Positions 42,526 through 50,771 of a stretch of DNA of 61,392 bases are shown one piece after another; positions within the stretch are counted from its first letter, which is position 1; every line of letters begins with the position of its first letter. Position numbers and translations under genes: made by a program. The DNA is from Bacillales bacterium UBA3207. Lineage in GTDB: Bacteria > Bacillota_I > Bacilli_A > RFN20 > CAG-826. A model generated the notes under the pieces. The model was given only the letters and a program-made list of their open reading frames with translations, did no database searches and was not told the origin of the DNA. The DNA lies in assembly GCA_002363735.1 (NCBI GenBank), contig DEWP01000017.1:1-61392 (forward strand). Reading direction: 5' to 3'.

Positions 42526-42849
42526 ATGAATAAAACAGTTACATTAATTAAAAAAGTGCTCGATGATCATAAAGCAGAAGAAATTTCTGTGATTGATGTT
42601 TCCGAAAGAACTCCTTTTGCGGAATATTATGTTTTATGTTCAGCGTCGAATATTCGTCAAATTGGTGCTTTAGCCGATGCTGTTATTGACAAGCTTGAAG
42701 AGAAAAAGATTAATTATTCTCATAAAGAAGGAACTCCAGAATCTGGATGGATTTTAATCGACGCTTACGATGTGATTGTTAATGTATTCTCTAAAGAAGA
42801 AAGAGAAAGAGTTTCCATCGAGAAACTTTTGGAAAACAGTAAAAAATAA
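42526..42849 (+). CDS. rsfS: Ribosome silencing factor RsfS
   Basis: DDHKAEEI..IDV, GWILID..DVIVNVF..EER. Confidence 0.93.
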   Translation: MNKTVTLIKKVLDDHKAEEISVIDVSERTPFAEYYVLCSASNIRQIGALADAVIDKLEEKKINYSHKEGTPESGWILIDAYDVIVNVFSKEERERVSIEKLLENSKK

Positions 42850-42852
42850 TAA

Positions 42853-42880
42853 ACTTCGCATAAGAGATATTATGTTAACC
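42853..42880 (+). other. Chromosomal dif site (XerCD recombination site)
   Basis: ACTTCGCATAA-GAGATA-TTATGTTAACC: 11-6-11 structure resembling the E. coli (GGTGCGCATAA/TTATGTTAAAT) and B. subtilis (ACTTCCTAGAA/TTATGTAAACT) arms; lies at the gene-strand switch. Confidence 0.82.
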
Positions 42881-42890
42881 AAACAATAAG

Positions 42891-42920
42891 AAAGAACGAT
42901 TTAATCGGTCTTTTTTTATT
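42891..42920 (+). terminator. Probable terminator after rsfS
   Basis: AAAGAACGAT-TTA-ATCGGTCTTT (one mismatch) plus T tract. Confidence 0.55.
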
Positions 42921-43002
42921 TTTATTTCTATTATATATAAGAAAAGAAAAAGCCATCAAACTAGGCTTTTCCACATATTCTAATGTTAATAATATCTACT
43001 AA

Positions 43003-43779
43003 TTATCTACTAATTCCAGCTTTCACTGCCACTTTATTTCGAATGATTTCAGTCGGTATCGATATTAAAATCATCAGGATAATTGCAATCAAAGAATAGC
43101 CGAAAATGACCGCCATATTGGTTGGATCATTGATTTGTGCCGCCTTGATTAAGCTACCTAAACCATTTCGGGTATAACCTGTCACAATTTCCGACATAAT
43201 TTCAATCTTAAATGACAATGAAAATGATGAAATAATGCCAATCACTAGGTAAGGAAGAGCTAAAGGAAGTTGAATTCGAAACAATTTCTTAACTCCTTTA
43301 CCACCATCAACTTTCACGGCATCCATGATTTCTGGATCGATATTTCTTATTCCGTTTGTTAACGATTCATAAAGAATTGGTAATGATATTATCATTACAA
43401 GAAAGCATGGAGCATATTCTGCTTTCACTAAAACAACAAATAAGAAGACAACAGCTGCCGTTGGAATTGCTTTTAATGCGGTCATTAATGGAGACAAAAT
43501 AATGTATAATTGTTCATTGTCTCGAACAATTAAAGATAAGATAAAGGCAATAATTAACGCCATTGAAAAACCAATTAAAAGCTTTAATAAGGAATAAGCT
43601 AGACATTGGTATGTATAAGCAATTCCCAGTAATTTAATCATGGCCTCAATCGTGACGATTGGAGAAGGGAAAATCATGGAATTCTTATCAAAGATAAGAG
43701 TTGCTAAAAACCATAATCCGAATAATAAAATTATTCCAACAGTTAATAAAATATATTTATTTGTAATAAATCGCTTCAT
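43003..43779 (-). CDS. NitT/TauT-type ABC transporter permease
   Basis: IFPSP, LKAIP, EAA-like IMDAVKVDGG..LFRIQLPLALPY, six TM segments. Confidence 0.88.
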   Translation of the reverse strand: MKRFITNKYILLTVGIILLFGLWFLATLIFDKNSMIFPSPIVTIEAMIKLLGIAYTYQCLAYSLLKLLIGFSMALIIAFILSLIVRDNEQLYIILSPLMTALKAIPTAAVVFLFVVLVKAEYAPCFLVMIISLPILYESLTNGIRNIDPEIMDAVKVDGGKGVKKLFRIQLPLALPYLVIGIISSFSLSFKIEIMSEIVTGYTRNGLGSLIKAAQINDPTNMAVIFGYSLIAIILMILISIPTEIIRNKVAVKAGISR

Positions 43780-44683
43780 CAGTCTTACTCATTCCGAAAA
43801 TGGATAAGAAAGTATCAATTTCCTCTTTATGTTCATAGGCTTTTTTATATCCGATGCCTAATTTGTTTCCGTTTTTAATCGATTCAATCGCTGCTCTAAT
43901 ATCAATTATTAAGACGCTTTCTGCGGTTGGATCAACTTCTAGAATCTTGTTTAAATAATCAGGTTCAGACGAAATTTTTTGAACATATCTTTCCACTGCA
44001 TTTAGATAAGAATCTAAAGATTCTTTATTTAATCCATTTTTAACAAAAATTGATGCTTGATAAATTTCTTGTTGGTTAAATTTATTCTTATAAGCGGTTT
44101 GAACATTTTCAAAAACATTCACACTAGTTCCTTCAAGTAGAAGACTTGTTAAATCTGGTTCAGAGATTAATGCATATTCATATGCATCACCGCTCTTAAT
44201 CATTGTCTTAATATCAGCGGATGTGTTTTTAAAGTGATCATCTGAAACGGTAAATCCATGGACAGCTTGGAAGATTTTGTGTGGAACACTATTTTTACCA
44301 AATAGATAAATATCATCGGTTTCATCCATCACTGCATCATCATCACTTCCTGAAGAAATAATGAATAAGTTACCAAAGGTAATTGTGGAAGCAATTTTAT
44401 AATTTAAACCTTTAGCAATAATTTGCTGAACACCAGCATTTGTTGGTAAAACAGCAATATCAACTTGTTCTTTAACCATTTGAGCAATAATCGTTTGTGG
44501 ATTACTGGATGGTTGATATTTAGCATCCTGAATAAAAGCAGAAAAAACGACTGCTGGCGCACCTGTAGGTGTCATGATGGATAAACTACCATCAACATTA
44601 AGTTCGAAGTCTTGCTCAGCTTGTTTTGAGCATCCCGCTAATAGAAGCGGAAGAGTTAATAATAATAATAATTTCTTTTTCAT
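43757..44683 (-). CDS. ABC transporter substrate-binding lipoprotein (NitT/TauT-like)
   Basis: Lipobox LAGC; PTGAPA, DIAVLPTN, ALISEP; overlaps the permease. Confidence 0.82.
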   Translation of the reverse strand: MKKKLLLLLTLPLLLAGCSKQAEQDFELNVDGSLSIMTPTGAPAVVFSAFIQDAKYQPSSNPQTIIAQMVKEQVDIAVLPTNAGVQQIIAKGLNYKIASTITFGNLFIISSGSDDDAVMDETDDIYLFGKNSVPHKIFQAVHGFTVSDDHFKNTSADIKTMIKSGDAYEYALISEPDLTSLLLEGTSVNVFENVQTAYKNKFNQQEIYQASIFVKNGLNKESLDSYLNAVERYVQKISSEPDYLNKILEVDPTAESVLIIDIRAAIESIKNGNKLGIGYKKAYEHKEEIDTFLSIFGMSKTDEAIYYK

Positions 44684-44717
44684 AGACTAAATCATACATT
44701 GTATGTTTTAATAATAA

Positions 44718-44733
44718 TGTGATTTGAATCACG
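44718..44733. promoter_or_regulatory. Crp-type operator
   Basis: TGTGA-N6-TCACG (consensus TGTGA-N6-TCACA), over the start of the Crp-family gene. Confidence 0.65.
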
Positions 44734-45314
44734 ATATTATGACTTTTATTGAAATTTGTGAACAAAATAACATCCAATCCAAAGCATTTTCCAAAGGAAG
44801 TGTTCTTTTTCACGAAGGAGAAGAATGTTCTTTTATTGGTTTAGTCAAAACTGGATTTATTCGAATTCAATCATATTCATCTAAAGGAACTGAGATTGTT
44901 TATAACGAAATTAAACCCAATGATTTTTATGGAGTTCATCTTCTTTTTGGAAATGATAAACATTTAAAAGGCGATGTTTATGCAGTTGAAGATTCTCAAA
45001 TCTTCTTCATCACAAAAGATCAATTTCAACATTTAATGCAAACATCAGAAGAATTCTTCAAAGAATTCATGCTTTTAGAATCTAGTTTTGTTAAATCGCT
45101 TAACCACCATATTAAACTTCTTTCTTTGCAAAGTGCGGAAGAAAGATTTCTGTTTTATTTAAAAAATAATGACGGCAAAGTTACTTATAAAAGCATCACT
45201 GCATTATCCCAAAATGTTCACCTCGAAAGAGAAACTCTTTCTCGACTGATTTCTTCGTTAGAAAAAAGGCATCAGATTAGACGCCTTTCTCATCAAATTA
45301 TTTTACTTAATTAG
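44724..45314 (+). CDS. Crp/Fnr-family transcriptional regulator
   Basis: LFHEGE..SFIGLVKTG cNMP-binding fold; HTH ERETLSR. Start is TTG 44724 or ATG 44739. Confidence 0.88.
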   Translation: MNHDIMTFIEICEQNNIQSKAFSKGSVLFHEGEECSFIGLVKTGFIRIQSYSSKGTEIVYNEIKPNDFYGVHLLFGNDKHLKGDVYAVEDSQIFFITKDQFQHLMQTSEEFFKEFMLLESSFVKSLNHHIKLLSLQSAEERFLFYLKNNDGKVTYKSITALSQNVHLERETLSRLISSLEKRHQIRRLSHQIILLN

Positions 45315-46507
45315 TCTTCAAGAAGTTCTTTGATTGGTCTACCAATCATTGTATCAGCTTTCTTAAGACCGAAGTTTTGAAGAATTGTTTCACCAATATC
45401 GGCAAAGCATTCACGTTCATCAAGGTATTTACCATGCTTGAATGATTTACTGAAGCAAATTAGTGGGACTTTTTCTCTAGTGTGATCTGTTCCAGTATGA
45501 GTTGGATCATTTCCGTGGTCAGCAGTCACCATAATTAGATCATCTTCTTTAGAAGCTTCCATTAATTCACCAAGTTGAACGTCAAATTCTTCAAGGGATT
45601 TTCCGTATCCAAGAGGATTACGACGATGTCCGTATTCTGAATCAAATTCAACTAAGTTAACGTAACACAAACCTTCAAAATCATGGTTCTTACATTCATC
45701 AATGGTTTTTTCCATTCCATCTTTGTTAGAAACAGTTTTTTGGGTTTTAACAACACCAACACCATTAAAGATATCACCAATCTTACCAATGCAAGAAACC
45801 ATATAACCATTCTTTTTAAGAATGTCCATAGCAGTAGTTCCGCTTGGAGAGACCGCCAAGTCATGACGATTTGGTGTACGTTTGAAGTTTGATGCATCAG
45901 TTCCGATATATGGACGAGCGATAACGCGTCCAACATAATATTCAGGACGTAAGCAGATTTCACGAGCGATTTCACAGCAACGATAGAGTTCTTGGACTCC
46001 AGTCACTTCTTCGTGGGCTGCGATTTGTAAAACGGAGTCAGCAGATGTATAGACAATTAAGCTATTTTCTTTCATTTGCTGTTCGCCTAATTCTTTTAGA
46101 ATTTCGGTTCCACTTGCAGCATAGTTACCAATGATTTTATGTCCAGTTTTTTCAGCAAGTTCATCAATTAAAGCTTGTGGGAATCCTGTTTCGGTAAATG
46201 TGATGAAAGGTTTTGTTGTATAAATACCCATCATTTCCCAGTGACCAGTCATCGTGTCTTTACCATTACTGGCTTCTCTGAGTCTCATGCTATAAGCATG
46301 TGGGTGACTAACTTTTGAAGTTCCTTTAACATCAGCGAGATCGCCAATCCCCATGGAATTCATGTTTGGAACATTTAAACCACCACATTTTTCTGCAGTA
46401 TGAACCCAGGTATTAGTTCCTTTATCGCCAAATTTTTCAGCATCTGGCATTTCGCCAATACCAGCTGAATCAGTTACAATGACAAATATTCTTTTGAATT
46501 TTTTCAT
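45311..46507 (-). CDS. deoB: Phosphopentomutase
   Basis: VTDSAGIGE.PDA, GKDTMTGHWEM, GRVIARP, NLVEFD..YGHRRN, TADHGNDP. Confidence 0.97.
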   Translation of the reverse strand: MKKFKRIFVIVTDSAGIGEMPDAEKFGDKGTNTWVHTAEKCGGLNVPNMNSMGIGDLADVKGTSKVSHPHAYSMRLREASNGKDTMTGHWEMMGIYTTKPFITFTETGFPQALIDELAEKTGHKIIGNYAASGTEILKELGEQQMKENSLIVYTSADSVLQIAAHEEVTGVQELYRCCEIAREICLRPEYYVGRVIARPYIGTDASNFKRTPNRHDLAVSPSGTTAMDILKKNGYMVSCIGKIGDIFNGVGVVKTQKTVSNKDGMEKTIDECKNHDFEGLCYVNLVEFDSEYGHRRNPLGYGKSLEEFDVQLGELMEASKEDDLIMVTADHGNDPTHTGTDHTREKVPLICFSKSFKHGKYLDERECFADIGETILQNFGLKKADTMIGRPIKELLED

Positions 46508-46539
46508 CTTAATACTCCTCAAACGTGAATTATTTTAAA

Positions 46540-47418
46540 CTATTTTCTTTTGCTATACAAATCATACGCTTCAAGAATTCTACGAGTCGAGATATTTAAA
46601 TATATCTGTGTTGTGGCAATGTTACTATGACCAAGCATTTCTTGAACGGTACGGATGTCAGCATTACCCTCTAGTAAATGTGTCGCAAAGCAATGTCTTA
46701 ATGTGTGAGGTGAAATTTCTTCTCTTATTCCAACCATCTCAGCATATTTTTTTACCTGTAAAAAGAAATATTGTCTAGACAATGGTTTTCCGTATCGATT
46801 TAGAAAAACATATTCTGATCGAGAACCAGGATTTTTCTTTCGACCATGTTCAATGTAGTTAACTAAATATTCTTTAGCAAATTCTCCAAATGGGACTTTT
46901 CTTTGCTTATTACCTTTACCGATTACAGTAATCATATTACGCTCAAAAGAGATATTTTTCATTTTTAATGAAAGAAGTTCACTAACTCTTAATCCAGAAG
47001 CGTACATTATTTCTAACATTGCCCGGTCTCTTTGTCCTTCATCTTTTGTTAAATCAGGAGCATCTAAGAGTCTTTCAACTTGTTCAATAGAAAGAACAGA
47101 TGGCAAATGTTTTAATGCTTTTGGAGCTTCGACATCCTTCATCGGGACATGAACATAATCTTCTTTTTCTAGGAAAAGATAGAAGCTTTTTAAAGAAGAT
47201 AATCGACGGGCAATTGTGGCTGTTGACATCTCCTTTTTACTTTGGATTTTAATAAAATCACCAATATCAAGAGGTTGAATTTCTTCGGTATCTTTATAAT
47301 TGAATTCTTTAAAGAATTCGTTAATGTCATAAGCATAAGAAAGAATCGTGTCATTAGACAAACCTTTCTCGACTCTTAAGTGTTGAAAAAAGAGTTCCTT
47401 AGCGCGATCAATGTCCAT
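46540..47418 (-). CDS. xerD: Tyrosine recombinase XerD (RipX)
   Basis: EKGLS, RDRAMLE.MYASGLRVSEL, GKGNKQR, LSRQYFF, HTLRH, LGHS..TTQIY; upstream of deoB as in ripX-drm. Confidence 0.88.
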   Translation of the reverse strand: MDIDRAKELFFQHLRVEKGLSNDTILSYAYDINEFFKEFNYKDTEEIQPLDIGDFIKIQSKKEMSTATIARRLSSLKSFYLFLEKEDYVHVPMKDVEAPKALKHLPSVLSIEQVERLLDAPDLTKDEGQRDRAMLEIMYASGLRVSELLSLKMKNISFERNMITVIGKGNKQRKVPFGEFAKEYLVNYIEHGRKKNPGSRSEYVFLNRYGKPLSRQYFFLQVKKYAEMVGIREEISPHTLRHCFATHLLEGNADIRTVQEMLGHSNIATTQIYLNISTRRILEAYDLYSKRK

Positions 47419-48601
47419 GATGTTTCTCCTTTAAGACATCTGAGGCTCTCATAAATGTGTCTTTTTTCATTCTTCGATTTAATTCACGAATCAAATCTTT
47501 TGTCGCGTTTCTTTCTTCATTGTCGTAGTTATCAAAAATTGATAATTGTTCAACATAGTCATCAGCATAAATTAGATTTTGAAGTGTCACTCCACAAAGA
47601 CGAATTTCTTGTCCGTTAAGATTTTTTTCTAAAAGAATCTGAGCTTCATTAAAAATGGTTTCAAAATCATTCGTTGGTTTAGATAATTTTGTTGAACGAG
47701 TGATATTTTTAAACTCATTTGTCTTCAAGACAATTTGGACATTGAATCCGATTTTATTCTTCGCTTTTGCTTCTTCCGATACTTCTTTAGAAAGTTCTCT
47801 TAAGTAATCTTTGATTTCGTCTAAATCAGATGAATCACGGATAAATGTTGTTGAGTGACCAATCGACTTTGGATCCCATGGTTCAACATCAACTTCGTCA
47901 CTTCCATAACCATTAATCCAGTCTTTGATAACATAATAAAACTTCCCAAATTCTTGTTTGATTATAGGATCATCTGAATTAATTAGCTTTGCTAAATCAC
48001 CAATCGTTTTAATGCCAATTGCTTCTAATCGAGGAGCAGTTTTCTTTCCAATTCCATAAAATGATGAGATTGGTAAAGGATCAAGGATCTTCCGAACATC
48101 TTTCCTTCGAATAATGGTGATGCCCATTGGTTTTTTCATATCGCTAGCCATTTTGGCTAAAAACTTTGTTGGAGCAACTCCAATAGAGCATTTTAATCCG
48201 ACAGTTTTTAATAAATTTTGTTGAAAATCTTCTAAATATTTCACCACATCTTTCACTTTCGAAAGTTGGCTTGTCATATCGACGTAACATTCATCAATTG
48301 ACGCTTTTTCGATGATTGGTGAATATTTTTTTACAAAGTTAAAGAATTCTTTTGATTTTTTAGAATATAAATCATAATGACCATGAATCACGATGGCGTT
48401 AGGGCAAAGTTCAAGCGCTTTAAAAGTTGGTTGTCCACTATGGACACCATATTTTCTTGCTTCATAAGAACAAGTTGAAACAATTCCACCACGACCAGAA
48501 TGACCAATGATGACTGGTTTACCAATCAATAGTGGATTGACGAGTTCTTCGCAACGAACAAAGAATGTATTTAAATCGATATGTAAAATGATTTTACTCA
48601 C
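47408..48601 (-). CDS. dinB: Y-family DNA polymerase IV
   Basis: HIDLNTFF, CSYEAR..GV.SG, SIDECY, KFLAKMASD..KP.G. Confidence 0.96.
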   Translation of the reverse strand: MSKIILHIDLNTFFVRCEELVNPLLIGKPVIIGHSGRGGIVSTCSYEARKYGVHSGQPTFKALELCPNAIVIHGHYDLYSKKSKEFFNFVKKYSPIIEKASIDECYVDMTSQLSKVKDVVKYLEDFQQNLLKTVGLKCSIGVAPTKFLAKMASDMKKPMGITIIRRKDVRKILDPLPISSFYGIGKKTAPRLEAIGIKTIGDLAKLINSDDPIIKQEFGKFYYVIKDWINGYGSDEVDVEPWDPKSIGHSTTFIRDSSDLDEIKDYLRELSKEVSEEAKAKNKIGFNVQIVLKTNEFKNITRSTKLSKPTNDFETIFNEAQILLEKNLNGQEIRLCGVTLQNLIYADDYVEQLSIFDNYDNEERNATKDLIRELNRRMKKDTFMRASDVLKEKHHGH

Positions 48602-48607
48602 GCTTCT

Positions 48608-48649
48608 ATTTTATAGAGCATAAAAAAATCATTCAACATTATGTTAACC
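48608..48649 (-). promoter_or_regulatory. dinB-xerD promoter with an adjacent XerD-arm sequence
   Basis: Minus strand TTGAAT (48631-48636)-17-TAAAAT (48608-48613)-6-GTG; TTATGTTAACC at 48639-48649 is identical to the dif right arm. Confidence 0.65.
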
Positions 48650-48665
48650 ATAACCTGAATGATCT

Positions 48666-50528
48666 CTATTCTAAATCTGCAATAATTTGTTCTGGAAGTA
48701 AGCCAAATGATTCAAGTTGTTCTTTGATACTGGCTTGTTTTACAAAAACGTTTGGTACACAATGCGCCGAAATAAGGCCTTTAAATTTTAAAGTCGATAA
48801 TTTAAGCGTCACAAGGGAAACAAGGCCTCCTTGGGTGCTATACGCATCGTAAATAACAATTTTATCGTAATTAAGGAGTGAACGAAGAGCATCTTCATCC
48901 ACTGGGTTAATAAATAAAGCGTTATAAAGTGTGCAATCAATGTTTTCTTTTTCAATAAGTGCTTCAAGTTCTCTTAAAAGAGGTCCAACAGCAATGACAG
49001 CAACCTTTTTGGCTTTTGATTCTTTAATTAAATACCATTTTCCAAAGGAATAATTTGATTTGATACTTTTTTGTTCACAAATATCTCGTGGATAACGAAT
49101 TACAAATACTCCATGATTATTAAATGATTCCTCATAGAGATATTCAGCTTCATCGCGGTTTGATGGCATTGAAATAACAACATTTGGGATTGATGCTAAG
49201 TAAGCGGAATCATAGATTCCTTGATGAGTTTCTCCATCAAAACCAACAAGTCCAGCTCGATCAACTAAGATTGTCGCGTTTGATTTTGTACGTGCTAAAT
49301 CATGTGAAATTTCATCATAAGCACGTTGCATAAATGTCGAATATATCGAAACAATTGGGTGTAAACCACTATGAGAGAGTCCGCCTGAAAGAGTTGCGGC
49401 ATGTTCTTCAGCAATACCGACATCAAGGCCTCTTTTTGGGAATCTTTTTAAAACTTTATCCATTTCTGCACCAACTAAAGTTGCTGGTGAGATTAAAAAT
49501 GCATTTTCATGTTTCTCCATCTCTATAAGAGATAAGTCAGCAAAGAATTTTGACCAAGTCTCTTTCGTGGTTGGCTTAACTGGAGCACCACTTTCAACTT
49601 TAAATGGAGCAACTCCATGCCACGAACCTGAATTATCATTTTCGGCTGGTTCATAGCCTTTACCTTTGGTAGTACAAACGTGAACAACAACCGATTTCTC
49701 AGTATTTTGAACACGTTTGAATGCTTTTTCTAGTTTCTTAATATCATGTCCGTCAACTGGTCCGATATAGGCAAAGCCTAAATCAGTAAAAATATTTGGC
49801 GCGGTAAGATGTCTTTTAAGCCAGTTTTTAATACGAAGTGTAAAATTATAAATTTTCTTACCAATTTTTCCATGTGCAATAGCACGACGATAACCGTATT
49901 TAATTCTGTTATAACCCGCACCAGTTGAAATACGACCAAAAATCTTAGATAAAGCACCAACAGGCTTGGAAATTGACATACCATTATCATTTAAAATGAT
50001 AACTACTTTATGATTACCACTAGCAATGTTGTTTAATCCTTCAAATGCTAATCCAGACGGGATTGAACCATCACCAATTAAAGCAATAACTTGATAATCT
50101 TCACCTTTTAAATCTCGGGCAATGGCAAAGCCATCTGCCACAGAAATTGAAGTTGAGGAGTGTCCTGCATCGAAGCAATCATAAACCGATTCATCAATTT
50201 TTTGGAATCCTGAAATCCCGTTTGTTTGTCGTAAGTTATCGAGTGGTCTACCTGTTAAAATTTTATGTGTATAGCATTGATGTCCAACATCAAAAATCAA
50301 CTTATCCTTTGATAAATCAAAGAAGTGTTCAATTGCAATCGTTAGTTCCACCACCCCTAAGTTACTAGAAAGGTGTCCACCGTTTTTAGCAGTACAACGA
50401 ATAATTTCTTTTCGAATGTCGTCAGCTAAAATATCAAGTTGCTTAAAGGAAAGATCTTTTAAAAAACTAGGATCTTTAATCTCGTGCAAATTAATATGTT
50501 CAACTTTGTTGACTTTCTTCTTGGACAT
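48666..50528 (-). CDS. dxs: 1-deoxy-D-xylulose-5-phosphate synthase
   Basis: GGHLSSNLG, DVGHQCY.HK, GHSSTSIS, GDG..N ThDP motif, DVGIAEEHA, DGETHQG. Confidence 0.97.
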   Translation of the reverse strand: MSKKKVNKVEHINLHEIKDPSFLKDLSFKQLDILADDIRKEIIRCTAKNGGHLSSNLGVVELTIAIEHFFDLSKDKLIFDVGHQCYTHKILTGRPLDNLRQTNGISGFQKIDESVYDCFDAGHSSTSISVADGFAIARDLKGEDYQVIALIGDGSIPSGLAFEGLNNIASGNHKVVIILNDNGMSISKPVGALSKIFGRISTGAGYNRIKYGYRRAIAHGKIGKKIYNFTLRIKNWLKRHLTAPNIFTDLGFAYIGPVDGHDIKKLEKAFKRVQNTEKSVVVHVCTTKGKGYEPAENDNSGSWHGVAPFKVESGAPVKPTTKETWSKFFADLSLIEMEKHENAFLISPATLVGAEMDKVLKRFPKRGLDVGIAEEHAATLSGGLSHSGLHPIVSIYSTFMQRAYDEISHDLARTKSNATILVDRAGLVGFDGETHQGIYDSAYLASIPNVVISMPSNRDEAEYLYEESFNNHGVFVIRYPRDICEQKSIKSNYSFGKWYLIKESKAKKVAVIAVGPLLRELEALIEKENIDCTLYNALFINPVDEDALRSLLNYDKIVIYDAYSTQGGLVSLVTLKLSTLKFKGLISAHCVPNVFVKQASIKEQLESFGLLPEQIIADLE

Positions 50529-50580
50529 ATACTAATAAACTACTAAATAAATACTAAATCTAAATACTAACTATAAATAG

Positions 50581-50769
50581 TTATTTTTGTAGTTCTCCAA
50601 TTTTTGCTTCAGCTTCTTTAAGAGACTTCTCAAGTGAGGAAATCAGTTTCTTTCCTTCCTCATAAAGTTTGATTGATTCTTCCAAAGGAAGAGTTTCTTT
50701 TTCAATCTTGTCGACAATTTCTTGTAGACGTGAGAGTGATTTTTCGAAATTGATTGGTTCGTTTGCCAT
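50581..50769 (-). CDS. xseB: Exodeoxyribonuclease VII small subunit
   Basis: FEKSLSRLQEIV..IE...LPLEESIKLYEEG. Confidence 0.95.
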   Translation of the reverse strand: MANEPINFEKSLSRLQEIVDKIEKETLPLEESIKLYEEGKKLISSLEKSLKEAEAKIGELQK

Positions 50770-50771
50770 AA

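Noticed and set aside
43662-43669. GAGAAGGG as an SpoIIIE/FtsK orienting sequence
   Set aside because: A single copy inside a CDS, pointing away from dif; not informative.
44657-44672. (TTA)5 repeat in the lipoprotein signal peptide as a phase-variation switch
   Set aside because: Triplet changes keep the frame; it encodes an ordinary poly-Leu h-region using a common codon.
42881-46539. Crp/ABC module as an element integrated at dif (IMEX)
   Set aside because: No second dif-like site, rep or phage genes, or compositional shift bounds it; the crp and deoB stop codons overlap.
48635-48645. LexA (Cheo) box upstream of dinB
   Set aside because: AACATTATGTT has a 5-nt centre and lacks the GAAC-N4-GTTC core.
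48622-48649. A second functional dif able to excise the 5.8-kb segment containing xerD
   Set aside because: With a 6-bp spacer the left arm is AAAAAAATCAT, which does not resemble a XerC arm; kept only as a half-site hypothesis.
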